Source: Elusimicrobiota bacterium
GTDB taxonomy: Bacteria > Elusimicrobiota > Elusimicrobia > UBA1565 > UBA9628
Direction of reading: 5' to 3'
Length of the DNA stretch: 64,000 nucleotides
Assembly (NCBI GenBank): GCA_027319565.1
Contig: DAHVNA010000001.1
Location: 114,716-178,715 of the forward strand
Shown here: positions 1-9,177 of the stretch, piece by piece
Position numbering within the stretch: position 1 is the first letter of the stretch
Layout: every line of letters starts with the position of its first letter
Notes under the pieces: generated by a model
What the model saw: only the letters and a program-made list of their open reading frames with translations
What the model was told of the DNA's origin: nothing
The model's database searches: none
Program-made: the position numbers and the translations under genes

Positions 1-1915
1 CAATATAAGGGTTATAGAGGATGTGGGTAAACCCCAGGGCTAATAATTCTTGGCGCAATTGCCGCCAGTCGGCGATGGAGTTGTAATCGAGAACTCCGGG
101 GTTTAAAGGATCGCCCCAGGCGTATTGGGGGTTGAGATAATAGCCCCTGACATCCCGGAAAAGAAAAATTTTAGAATTTAGCGGCAGATGATTGGCGGCT
201 TGACTCATCAAATACCAAGGCCCGAGACTTTTTTCAAGATAATGCCGGGCGGGCGGCTCTAGAGCGGCATCGAGGTTTAAAAAGGCATACATTTCGTTGT
301 TCAAAGACAATTTCTTCAAGGGCCAGAGGCCAATTAAAAGCGCGGAAAATGCCAGGGTTCGCAAGAACGGTTTTTCTCCGAGGAGTTGGGAACTCCAGGC
401 GCCGATTAAAACCGCCAAGATCGCGGCCGCCGGTAAAAAATAGCGCCAGTCCTGGTAGACATAAAACCAAACCGTGTAGAAGAAAAAGATAAAGAGAAGA
501 ATTTTTTTCTCGATCGCTTCGAGAGACGGGCGCCGGATGAGACGAACGGAGAGCAAAATGAAAAAAGGAATCATCATCCACTGCGGCTGGTGGAGAAAGG
601 TCTTGGGTTTTAAAATAAGGACAAAGGGGACGCTTAAATAATGAACGAAGGTTTTGGAGACTCCTTCGGTCACTGACGCAGATAAGCGCTTCCAGGCCGC
701 CATATCCGGGGCGCTGGCATGAAAAAATTGTCCCAAATAGGGCCAGACCGGGTTTCCAGTTTGAATCCAATTTTTTAAATACCAGGGAAATCCCAAAAGA
801 AAGACTCCGCTTCCGTAGAGAAAAATTTCTTTTGCCTTCTCAAGGACGGAATCGGAATTTTGGATTAAAATCAGAGCGCCTAAAGCTGCGATGGCCCATA
901 GCCCGGTAATTTTCGCGCTGGCGGCAAGGCCGCTTAAGAGCCCGCAGAGAAATAAGAGCCGCTTGCGTTCTCGTGAAAGCGGTTCTCGCGATAAGATGAG
1001 AAAAACAAAAACAGCGGCGGCGATGGTTTGGGCGATGTTGAGGTCTGTTTCCGCGTTTCCTATGACCCGTTGAAATAACGGCTGAACCGATAAAAGAGCG
1101 CAAGAAATTTCCGCCGCTCTATTTCCAAAGAAACGCCGGGCAATCAGCCATGCCGCGGCCAAAAGTCCAAGGCCGTTGATAAAATTAACGATGTGGGCGG
1201 CGCGGGCGCCGATGAAGGCCAAGCACAAGAGATAAATCATTTCGGCTCCAAGGGGATAATGGGCATTGGCTGACCATCTTAAGTTGACCAAGGCCTTGTC
1301 ATGGAGAAAAATTTTGGGAAGAGCCAGATGATAAGCCAAGGAGTCCCAATCGGTGTCCGGGGCTGAGCTAGCGATAAAGCCTCGCAAAAGGGCGGCAAAA
1401 ATGGCGGTCCAGCAAAGAATGGATATCCAATCTCTTTTCTCGTGAGAGGAATCTCTAATTTTTTGGACGGCTTTGGCGAAAAAATTTCTTTCTCGCCAGG
1501 CTCCCCAACAGAGAAATGCAAAGAGGCTCAATAATACCGCGCTTGTGTAAAGAGAAAGAAGACCGAGACTGAAGATGAGTAGAGAAATTAATCCCTCCCC
1601 GATAACCAACGATAGAAATAATTTTTCCGGCGTCTCTAAAACTTCTGAAATCTCAAGCGAATCTAGGATGGCGCGGCCTAAAGATAAAAAGCCAAGGGCG
1701 AGGATGAGGGCGAAAACGACGCTAGCGGTAAAATGAAAAAATCCGTTGAGACTCCTGAGAGTTAAAGCGTTCGGATGCGAAAATAAATAGGACAGGCAAT
1801 AGCGGCTTTGAAATAAAACAAAGGCGAGCGCGAGAAAAAAAGATAAAAATAGGTTAATTTTGGCTTGAGAGCTTATCTGAAATTTTTTCGCGCAATTCAA
1901 GGATCGCTCGAACAT
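1..1915 (-). CDS. GT-C fold membrane glycosyltransferase (family 39 / PMT-ArnT-like), partial. The C-terminus runs off the window start. The gene is in the third minus-strand frame and is missing from the supplied ORF track.
   Basis: I translated the minus strand myself. The frame whose codons end at coordinate ≡1 (mod 3) is open from nt 1915 down to nt 1 with no stop. It begins MFERSLNCAKK and contains about 12 predicted TM helices. Motifs include SAPDTDWDSLAYHLALPKIFL, GSGVFLLGFPWYLKNWIQTGNPVWPY and LPLNSKIFLFRDVRGYYLNPQYAWGDPLNPGV, typical of PMT_2/ArnT-like GT-C enzymes. The ORF-track entries 234..770, 840..1103 and 1279..1521 are in other frames. The start overlaps the 3' end of the upstream MltB gene by about 60 nt. 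Confidence 0.6.
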   Translation of the reverse strand, partial: MFERSLNCAKKFQISSQAKINLFLSFFLALAFVLFQSRYCLSYLFSHPNALTLRSLNGFFHFTASVVFALILALGFLSLGRAILDSLEISEVLETPEKLFLSLVIGEGLISLLIFSLGLLSLYTSAVLLSLFAFLCWGAWRERNFFAKAVQKIRDSSHEKRDWISILCWTAIFAALLRGFIASSAPDTDWDSLAYHLALPKIFLHDKALVNLRWSANAHYPLGAEMIYLLCLAFIGARAAHIVNFINGLGLLAAAWLIARRFFGNRAAEISCALLSVQPLFQRVIGNAETDLNIAQTIAAAVFVFLILSREPLSRERKRLLFLCGLLSGLAASAKITGLWAIAALGALILIQNSDSVLEKAKEIFLYGSGVFLLGFPWYLKNWIQTGNPVWPYLGQFFHASAPDMAAWKRLSASVTEGVSKTFVHYLSVPFVLILKPKTFLHQPQWMMIPFFILLSVRLIRRPSLEAIEKKILLFIFFFYTVWFYVYQDWRYFLPAAAILAVLIGAWSSQLLGEKPFLRTLAFSALLIGLWPLKKLSLNNEMYAFLNLDAALEPPARHYLEKSLGPWYLMSQAANHLPLNSKIFLFRDVRGYYLNPQYAWGDPLNPGVLDYNSIADWRQLRQELLALGFTHILYNPYI

Positions 1916-2762
1916 AGTTGTCGGAAGGGTTGTAGGCGTAAATCGAGTTCCAGATCGGAGATCCCGGGCTGGAATCTCCGGCGGCGTATCCGTGGGCTAT
2001 GAGGTAGTGGGCGACGCTGGCTAAAACGTCGGGCCAACTCTTCCAGTTTTTAACTCCGTCCCCATCGAAATCGACGGCATATGTATTGTAGCTGGACGGC
2101 ATGAATTGAAAATATCCGAAAGCTCCGGCGTAGGAACCCTTGATGGATTGAGGACGAATGTTTCCTTTATAACAAAGCTCCATGTAAGCGGCCAGTTCTT
2201 GCCGAGCCCAATCGGATAAGGCCGGGATCTTGGCCGCGATGGTGTAAAGGGCCGATAGGACCGGAATGCTTCCGGTGACATGTCCCCAGCGCGTTTCAAC
2301 CCCGACCAAGCTGACTAAAATAAGAGGATCGACGGGATAATCGTTTTGGATTTGAGACAAAAGTTCCGCATGTTTTTGATAAAAAGCGGCGCCGTAATCG
2401 ATATTGGCCTTGGTCATGAATCTTTTGCGGTATTCTTTATAGGGCATTTTCTCGGCGGGGCGGTGGAATAAGCCGATAATTGCGGGGATGATCTTCGTCT
2501 TTGGATTAAACAAGGCTCTGTGGACAAAGGAGTTGGGGACATTAGAATCGGAGAGACGATGGATGATATCTCGATAAATGGTTTCTTTGCTGAGGGCTTT
2601 TTTACTCTCGGTCAAAGAGGAGCTTTTTTGCCTGAGGAGAATTTGAATCTGATTGATCTGATTGAAAAATGCGGAATCATCCTGCGGGAGTTCTGCCGCT
2701 TGAGAGAGGAGAACATTTCCGAGGACCAATATCAAGGACAGAGATAATTTTTTCCTATTCAT
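1854..2762 (-). CDS. mltB: Membrane-bound lytic murein transglycosylase B (MltB, family 3 LT) with a signal peptide.
   Basis: N-terminal signal peptide MNRKKLSLSLILVLGNVLLSQAAE. MltB hallmark motifs are LVGVETRWG and YAGAFGYFQFMPSSY, plus the EF-hand-like DFDGDG. Confidence 0.8.
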   Translation of the reverse strand: MNRKKLSLSLILVLGNVLLSQAAELPQDDSAFFNQINQIQILLRQKSSSLTESKKALSKETIYRDIIHRLSDSNVPNSFVHRALFNPKTKIIPAIIGLFHRPAEKMPYKEYRKRFMTKANIDYGAAFYQKHAELLSQIQNDYPVDPLILVSLVGVETRWGHVTGSIPVLSALYTIAAKIPALSDWARQELAAYMELCYKGNIRPQSIKGSYAGAFGYFQFMPSSYNTYAVDFDGDGVKNWKSWPDVLASVAHYLIAHGYAAGDSSPGSPIWNSIYAYNPSDNYVRAILELREKISDKLSSQN

Positions 2763-2823
2763 AATTTAAGTTTAGCATAGAAAGTCTTACATAAGACCAT
2801 GATAAATTCCTATCATTAGAAAC

Positions 2824-5064
2824 ATGGCGCGCTCACGGCCTGTCGCGGAAACTTTGCCGGTTGGTCTTTCATGGCTGGATTTCCTTCAGCATTTTTTTCT
2901 GGTCTTAGCCTTTTTTGTCTCTCCGCTGATTTTTTTTACCAATCTTACTCGCAATCCCTATATCACGCAGATTTGCGCCCTCAATATCTCGATTTCCATC
3001 GTTCTCACTCTTTGGATGTTCCAAAATTACGGAGAGTTGCGAAAGATTAAGACGGTTCTTGATTTTCCGCTGCTCTTTTGGACCCTCATTATTTTCATCA
3101 GTTGGGGATACGCTTTTTTTAGGCACGTCAAATTTTACCGGCCCTCCGTTTTCAATGAAGGCCTTAACCATGAAATTTTTTGGGTGATCAACTGCCTGGG
3201 GGCTTTTTTTATCGGGGTTTCTTCGATCCGAAGTCAAGAGGAGGCCGATGAAGATGTCAACATCTGGGCGTGGGCGGGTTTTTGCGTTGTATGGGGGAGT
3301 TTGTGGTTTTTTTTCCCGTTGATGAGGAGTTCCAACTCGCCAGCCACCGACATCGCGGCCTTGGTCTGGAACGGTTACGGGGCTTTTCTCTGGGTGTTGG
3401 GAGTGGGATGTTGCGTTTACTTAAGCTTTAAAAGAAGAGCCATTGATTATCTCCATCTCGCTTTGGCCGCGGGGTTTTTGGCCTCGGCTTACGGCGTTCT
3501 TCAGTATTTTAATTTTGAGTTTATTTGGCCTCACGCGCTCAATCCTTATGGCGGACGCGCGGTTTCAACTTTTGGAAACCCCAACTTCCTTTCTTCCTAC
3601 AATGTCATCTTGCTTCCTTTTTGCGTGGTTTTATGGGCCCGAGCCAAGGGTGGGGCGCGTTATTGGTATGGCATCTGCGCGCTGACGCTTGAAGCCGGGC
3701 TTTTATGCAGCCTGACCCGCTCTTCTTGGCTTGGGGCTTTTGTGGCCGTGTCTTTCTTATTTTTTTCGAAAGGATTTATTCATATGCTCCGGAAAGAAAT
3801 ACGCCTATTTGGGCTTTTTTTTGGAGTGGGTTTTGCCGTTTTTGTCTTATGGCCGCATAGTCTTCTTTCGGCTGGATATCATCCCAGCGTTTTAGGGCGC
3901 TTGGAAGAAGTCGATACCTTGCTTAAGCCCGGACCGGTGAAGCAGGCCTATAGTCCTTGGCATCAAAGAGTGATGATTTGGACTTGCGCCTGGCTGATGG
4001 CCAAAGACAATCCCTTGACCGGGCAAGGTTTTGGGCTTTTTGAGTTGTTCTATCCGTTTTATCAAGGACCGGTTTTGCGGGCTACGCCTTTTTACTGGGA
4101 TTTAAGGACTCATGCCAACAATGCCCACAATGAGGCGCTGGAGGTTTTATCCCAGACAGGGATATTGGGGCTGGGGTTGTTTATTTGGGTCTGGGTGGTT
4201 TTTTTCCGTTTCGCGCGTGATTTTAGCGGTCAAGAAGAAGATTCCCTTAAAAATTTGTGGGTTTCCGCGGGCGCGGCGAGCGTTTTGGGCATGCTGGCTG
4301 ACAATCTCCTCAACGTGTCTCTTCATTTCGCGGTTCCGGCTTTTCTTTTTTGGTGGGTGGTGGGCTCTAGCGTTGGAAATGGGCGCGTTCACTTTTTGAA
4401 GGCGAGGGCGGAAAAAAATAAAAGAAATATTTGGGTTTTTCTCTCTGTTTTAGGCTTATGCGTGTGGATGATCGGGCGCTGGAGCTGCGTTTGGGAAAGA
4501 GAAGTCCATTATTTTTCCGGTTTTAAATTAGCTAGACAGGGAGATATGCCTGGCGCGATTAATCAGCTTGAGATTTCAAAACATTGGGGGCCGCCCGAGG
4601 TTAACGCGATTTACGAATTAGGCAACGCTTACGCGCGTTCCGGGTTTTTTAGAAGAGCTGAAAAAAACTATCAGGCGGCTCTTGATGCCAATGCGGGATA
4701 TGACGAAATTTTCTTTAACAAGGGGGCTATCGAGGCCAATCATCTCAATGACATCCTCGACGCGATTAATAATTTTCGCGTTTCGTGGTGGATTAACCCA
4801 CTTTTGAAAGACGTTTACAATAGCCTAGGCGCGCTTTATTTGCGAGATCCGCTTAAGTATCTCTCGCCGGCCTTGGATCTTCTCTCATATGGCGTCAAGG
4901 TATTCCCCCAAGACTCCGGGTTCTGGAATAATTTAGGCTATCTTCAAACCCTCAATAAAAATTATCCTGAAGCTGTCAGCGATTATCAAAGAGCTCTTCA
5001 GATTAACCCCAATTTGACCGCCGCGCGAAAGAATCTGGAAATTCTAACCCACTTTCGTCCCTAA
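2824..5064 (+). CDS. O-antigen ligase (Wzy_C)-like polytopic membrane protein with C-terminal TPR repeats. This is a candidate PglL/TfpO-type O-oligosaccharyltransferase.
   Basis: At least 10 TM helices. Wzy_C-like core LCSLTRSSWLGAFVAVSFLFF. C-terminal TPR-like units: IYELGNAYARSGFFRRAEKNYQAALDAN and NNLGYLQTLNKNYPEAVSDYQRALQINPN. Confidence 0.65.
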   Translation: MARSRPVAETLPVGLSWLDFLQHFFLVLAFFVSPLIFFTNLTRNPYITQICALNISISIVLTLWMFQNYGELRKIKTVLDFPLLFWTLIIFISWGYAFFRHVKFYRPSVFNEGLNHEIFWVINCLGAFFIGVSSIRSQEEADEDVNIWAWAGFCVVWGSLWFFFPLMRSSNSPATDIAALVWNGYGAFLWVLGVGCCVYLSFKRRAIDYLHLALAAGFLASAYGVLQYFNFEFIWPHALNPYGGRAVSTFGNPNFLSSYNVILLPFCVVLWARAKGGARYWYGICALTLEAGLLCSLTRSSWLGAFVAVSFLFFSKGFIHMLRKEIRLFGLFFGVGFAVFVLWPHSLLSAGYHPSVLGRLEEVDTLLKPGPVKQAYSPWHQRVMIWTCAWLMAKDNPLTGQGFGLFELFYPFYQGPVLRATPFYWDLRTHANNAHNEALEVLSQTGILGLGLFIWVWVVFFRFARDFSGQEEDSLKNLWVSAGAASVLGMLADNLLNVSLHFAVPAFLFWWVVGSSVGNGRVHFLKARAEKNKRNIWVFLSVLGLCVWMIGRWSCVWEREVHYFSGFKLARQGDMPGAINQLEISKHWGPPEVNAIYELGNAYARSGFFRRAEKNYQAALDANAGYDEIFFNKGAIEANHLNDILDAINNFRVSWWINPLLKDVYNSLGALYLRDPLKYLSPALDLLSYGVKVFPQDSGFWNNLGYLQTLNKNYPEAVSDYQRALQINPNLTAARKNLEILTHFRP

Positions 5065-5151
5065 ACTCTGTAATAATTTAGCAAACACTTCGGCGCAATA
5101 ATTATTAGGATAAGCGAAATCTATTTAAGGGAGAAATATCGGTTAAAGCTC

Positions 5152-6978
5152 ATGTTTAGAAGGAGGCAGAAGTTTTTTTGGAGCTTGATTATTGGCTCAC
5201 TTACCGTCGGTGCATGGGGGGGAATTATTGCTGGCCAAGAGCCGCCGCTGAGCCGCGATATGCAACTGGGAATTTTTTATTTCAAGAAGGGGGAGGATTC
5301 CGAGGCGATGGACCGCTTTATTGAAGTCCTTAATGGCGGAAACCCGACCGAGAGAACCCTTGCCAATAAGTATCTTAACCGTATTACTCGGCGCATGTCG
5401 GGGACAGAATCAAATCCACAAAAACCAGCTCAAAAAACGGAAGAGAAAACATCTTCTTCTTCATCCTCGGCTGTTCCCTCAAGCGCCGTAAAACCGGCTC
5501 CAAGTCCTACTCCATCCCAAGCTCAAGCCGCGCCAGCGTCTGTTGCGGCGCCGCATGAAGCGCCTGTAGCGTCCCCTCAAACACAAAAACAAAGCCCTGC
5601 GGTTGCTGTTTCCCCTACGGCTCAAGCCGCGCCACTGAGTCCTAGCGCCATTCAAGAACAAATCAAGGGGAAAATCCAAGCCTTGGCTGATTCCGGATTG
5701 AGGCGCTTGAAGCGCGTTCATCGTGTCGTTATTCTTCGTAAAAAAGATGAACGGCCGTTGGCGATTGCCTTGCCTTCGGATATTCTATTTGAAAAGCAAA
5801 TAGCGTTTAAAAACCGCGCCAATCAAATTATTTCCGATTTAGCCTCGGTCACTTACGGAGAAGGACAAGCGAAAATATTCATTTTCCCCCAAGGAGCCGC
5901 ATTGGGAGATGTGAAGGTCATGGATATGCGTCGGGCAGTGGCTCTCGCCGATTCCTTGGTGTCTCTGGGAATCGCTCCTAGCCGGGTTCAGGCGGAGCTT
6001 CTCACTGGAAGCTCATACCGCATTCCGAGTTCGCTTCTTTCATTTAAAGGGATTATCTTGGTTTTTGATTATCATTCGACTCTTGATCTTAAGGCGCCGC
6101 CGGACGAGTCCGGACCGCCCTTATCGATGGGGCTTTCTAGTCCGCGGTTCAGGGCTGATCAAGGCCAAGGCGTTTTGATCGAGTTCTCCGTTCAAAAACC
6201 GCATTCGGGGGTGAATTTCTGGAGATTTAAGATTTTGGGACCCGAGAACGCCAAAGCGAAGACAATTGAAGAAGTCGTGGGAAGCGGCCCGGTGTTTCAT
6301 CAGGTCTATTGGGACGGCAGGAAAAATTATTCCGGCTTTCATGAACCCTATGGTTTTTATGAGTGCCTTTTAACGGCGAAAGATGGCTCAGGGCGAACTC
6401 GGGCGATTCACCGTTGGGTTGAACTGGCCGGACCCGCTGGGGCGCAACACGCTTCAAGGAAAATTCCCGCGAAGGCATCCAAGGTAGTCAGCGCATCGAA
6501 GCGTTCTCATCTTAAGCCAGCGGGGAAGTCTTTTCACGGCAAAAAAGTTTCATATGTTCAATTGCGCGCGAGCCGCAGAAAGAAAATGAAGCGGAGTCTG
6601 CATGAAAAGAAAATAAAATCCCGAGCGAAAGGGCCTCGGATTGCAAGCGCGATTGTGTTTAAGACCAGTAGTTATCAATTGTCAAAAGCCATGAAAAGCA
6701 ATATCCTGAAACTTGCGCGTGACATGGCTAAAAATAAGAAAGTCCGATATGATATTATCGGTTATGCCAAGCCTGCGGAAAAAAATGCTAAAAACTTATG
6801 TCGGCAGCGGGCGCAGATAGTCGCCGGATTGCTCATCAACAAATATCGGATTAATTTTAAAAGGCTTAAAATCAGCGGGAAAGTGTCAAATTTAAAAGGT
6901 TCTCGTGTGCTGGTTTTAGCGCGAATAGCCGCAAAAAAGAGGAGAATTCAAAAGCGTGGACGAAAAGTTCATCGATGA
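5152..6978 (+). CDS. Envelope protein with an N-terminal TM/signal anchor, a Pro/Ala/Ser-rich linker, two OmpA-like peptidoglycan-binding domains and one FlgD-Ig-like domain.
   Basis: N-terminal TM/signal FFWSLIIGSLTVGAWGGIIAG, then a P/A/S-rich linker. OmpA-like segments: ANQIISDLASVTYGEGQAKIFIFPQGAALGDVKVMDMRRAVALADSLVSLGIAPSRV and NLCRQRAQIVAGLLINKYRINFKRLKISGKV. FlgD-Ig-like segment: GPVFHQVYWDGRKNYSGFHEPYGFYECLLTAKDGSGR. Confidence 0.5.
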   Translation: MFRRRQKFFWSLIIGSLTVGAWGGIIAGQEPPLSRDMQLGIFYFKKGEDSEAMDRFIEVLNGGNPTERTLANKYLNRITRRMSGTESNPQKPAQKTEEKTSSSSSSAVPSSAVKPAPSPTPSQAQAAPASVAAPHEAPVASPQTQKQSPAVAVSPTAQAAPLSPSAIQEQIKGKIQALADSGLRRLKRVHRVVILRKKDERPLAIALPSDILFEKQIAFKNRANQIISDLASVTYGEGQAKIFIFPQGAALGDVKVMDMRRAVALADSLVSLGIAPSRVQAELLTGSSYRIPSSLLSFKGIILVFDYHSTLDLKAPPDESGPPLSMGLSSPRFRADQGQGVLIEFSVQKPHSGVNFWRFKILGPENAKAKTIEEVVGSGPVFHQVYWDGRKNYSGFHEPYGFYECLLTAKDGSGRTRAIHRWVELAGPAGAQHASRKIPAKASKVVSASKRSHLKPAGKSFHGKKVSYVQLRASRRKKMKRSLHEKKIKSRAKGPRIASAIVFKTSSYQLSKAMKSNILKLARDMAKNKKVRYDIIGYAKPAEKNAKNLCRQRAQIVAGLLINKYRINFKRLKISGKVSNLKGSRVLVLARIAAKKRRIQKRGRKVHR

Positions 6979-8581
6979 ATGGGCCTTTGGGATAAAGGCT
7001 CCCAAGGTTTCTCAAAATCTGGGCATTTACCTAAGCCCAAGCGTGGCCTATATTGCCCAATCCCATCTCAACAAAGGCCGTTTGGTTTTAGATCAGCTTT
7101 TTCGCGTGGCCCTTCCTAAACCTAAAGTCGTGGCTCCGCCTAAGGAAGCTTCTCAAATGCCGGGAGTGGAGTTGTGGGGAGATTTTAACGATATTTTGGA
7201 CGTTTTGCGCCCCTCTATAGGCAAACTGGTCAATGCGCCAAAGGAGGTCGTGGTTTCTCTCTCTCCGGAACTCAGTCTCCTTCGTTATTTTCAGATGCCT
7301 CAAATTGAGCAAAGATTTTGGAAAACGGCAATTCCTTTGGAGGCAAAAAAACATATTCCTTTCGCCTTTCAAGGCCTTACCAGCGATTTTCAGGTTTTTC
7401 CTTCTGCGGTTTCAACCCCGGAGGGAAAAACGATGCAGGGGGTCTTGTTCGCCGTCACGTCTAAATCGACCTGGGAAGGCGTTAGAGATTTAATGAAGGG
7501 GTTGAAATTAGAGATGGTGGCCATGGAGACCAGCGTCAACTCTTATTTGAGATTTCTGCTGTCCATGGATAAAGGGATTGCGGATCCTGCTTGCCTTTGG
7601 GTCCATTTTTCCGATGTGAAGGTTCGCATTGTCGGATTTGCAAAAGGAATTCCGCTTTTGTTTAGAGAAGCTGATTGGTATCCCAATGGTGATCTAAGGA
7701 CGCTAGGACTTCCCAGCCTGGTTGATTTTATCAGCCATAAATTAAATTTGGGGTCCGTGCAAAAGTGCTTAGTTAGCGGCGCAGCCAATGAGTCTATCAT
7801 TGCGGGGCTTTCCCAGGAGATAAATCTGAGAGGGGAACCCAAAAACCCTGGACTTCCATTAGGGCTTAAGGGCGGAGATTTTGAGTCTTATGCCGCCATT
7901 GGCGGTTCTTTCCGTTTTACCGCTCCTTCTCCCGCCAATATCGATTTTTCCGCGGCAATGAAGGTGACTGATGGCGAGAGAAAAGCGGCGATGTTTGTTT
8001 TTGGGGCTTCAGTTGTTGTCGCCGTACTTTTTATCGTTTTAGGCTTGTTCTCAGGTGTCCAAGTTTTCATGCAATCACGGGAACTTTCAGGAATTAAAAG
8101 AGACCCGCATGTCGAGGCCCTCTTTCGCGGAAAATCCCAGGGGGATATACAAAAGATGATCTCTAAAATAGAAAAAGAAACGGCTTTTTTAGGCGGCGCC
8201 AGTAATAAAAAAAATGACCCTTCTGTTTTCCTTGAGGATATCGCTGCTTCCATTCCCGAAAACCTTTGGCTGACCGATATAAAACTGGATAATCCCTTAC
8301 CACGGCCAGGGCGCAACATAGGGCAGGGTATGACACTAAAATTATCTGGATATTCCACGGCCGATTCGCGGATGGGGGAAGAAGAAGACGCCAAAAACTT
8401 TAAAGAAGCTCTTGAGGAATTGCCTGATTTTAAAAGATTTTCCGTTCAGATACAATTGCAGAAAGGGCAAAGCCAAAGCATGTTTGGGGGTCTCAATAAA
8501 GACCCGTATGAAGCGGAGCGGCAGCGCGAGAAAAGAACGGGTTTTGATATTACCATTCAGCCGCGATACGATTTAAATTAA
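6956..8581 (+). CDS. pilM: Type IV pilus assembly PilM (actin-like ATPase fold) fused to a PilN-like TM + periplasmic segment.
   Basis: PilM-like N-terminus GIYLSPSVAYIAQ. A single TM at the C-terminal third (MFVFGASVVVAVLFIVLGLFSGVQVF) is followed by a PilN-like periplasmic region (ENLWLTDIKLDN...MTLKLSGYS). Position immediately upstream of the pilO/pilP/pilQ homologues. Confidence 0.6.
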   Translation: MDEKFIDEWAFGIKAPKVSQNLGIYLSPSVAYIAQSHLNKGRLVLDQLFRVALPKPKVVAPPKEASQMPGVELWGDFNDILDVLRPSIGKLVNAPKEVVVSLSPELSLLRYFQMPQIEQRFWKTAIPLEAKKHIPFAFQGLTSDFQVFPSAVSTPEGKTMQGVLFAVTSKSTWEGVRDLMKGLKLEMVAMETSVNSYLRFLLSMDKGIADPACLWVHFSDVKVRIVGFAKGIPLLFREADWYPNGDLRTLGLPSLVDFISHKLNLGSVQKCLVSGAANESIIAGLSQEINLRGEPKNPGLPLGLKGGDFESYAAIGGSFRFTAPSPANIDFSAAMKVTDGERKAAMFVFGASVVVAVLFIVLGLFSGVQVFMQSRELSGIKRDPHVEALFRGKSQGDIQKMISKIEKETAFLGGASNKKNDPSVFLEDIAASIPENLWLTDIKLDNPLPRPGRNIGQGMTLKLSGYSTADSRMGEEEDAKNFKEALEELPDFKRFSVQIQLQKGQSQSMFGGLNKDPYEAERQREKRTGFDITIQPRYDLN

Positions 8582-8585
8582 TTTT

Positions 8586-9175
8586 ATGGCTATGGATATT
8601 AAGGATATCAATAGAAAAATTCGCCATTTGCAGCGAGATTTTGGCGATACTATTTTTGTTCTCCAAAATAAGGGACTTAAGTATTTCCAACGCGTTTGGT
8701 TGGCGGCGCTTCTCATTTGTTTGTACCCTATAAATTCTTTTATCAATCGATGGATAGTAGAATTTCGTCATTAGAGATGAGAATTAAGACAGCCCGGGCC
8801 ACTAATAAATATGCCAAGACCTATAACGATGCCATGGAAAATCTTCTCGTCGTTGAGCGCCGCCTTCCTCCGGCAAGCAAGGGGACCGGGTGGTTAAGCG
8901 ATATTTCTATTTCTTCTCTCAAAGACGAAAACATTACTCCTGATTCAGTCTCTTCCGTCCATCAAGTTCAAAGCGGAAAACTTATTAAGGAAAGCATCTC
9001 GGTCGATTTTCAAGCGAAATTCCCTGAAATTTTTTCGTGGCTTTATAAGATTGAACACGATCATTATCTGATTCATGTTGACTCTCTGCAGATAAAAAAG
9101 AAAGGGCTCGATGAAAACAAAGTTCATTGCACTCTTTCTACTTTGATTCAGGCTGGATCCGGAGGTAATTCCTAA
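8586..9175 (+). CDS. PilO-like inner-membrane pilus assembly protein, apparently split by a frameshift. A TM-bearing ORF (8586..8774) is followed by a coiled-coil periplasmic ORF (8696..9175).
   Basis: ORF 8586..8774 encodes a short cytoplasmic segment plus a TM (RVWLAALLICLYPINSFI). The overlapping +2 frame continues from about 8750 with MDSRISSLEMRIKTARATNKYAKTYNDAMENLL... for roughly 140 aa. Position between pilMN and pilP. The frames switch near the homopolymeric tcttttatcaatcg around 8738-8752. Confidence 0.35.
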
Positions 9176-9177
9176 AC

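Noticed and set aside
234-1521. ORF-track entries 234..770(-), 840..1103(-), 1279..1521(-) and 891..1073(+)
   Set aside because: They are out-of-frame shadows of the long GT-C glycosyltransferase ORF, which occupies the third minus-strand frame continuously from 1915 to 1 (verified codon by codon). Their translations are low-complexity junk with no membrane-protein character.
2905-3237. Antisense and overlapping short ORFs inside long genes (e.g. 2905..3237-, 7888..8394-, 38653..39048-, 44443..44955-, 35203..35688-, 25553..25936-)
   Set aside because: Each lies wholly within a much longer ORF on the other strand or frame that has clear domain content. Their products are Arg/Pro/Ser-rich with no motifs, which is typical of spurious ORFs in about 50% GC DNA.
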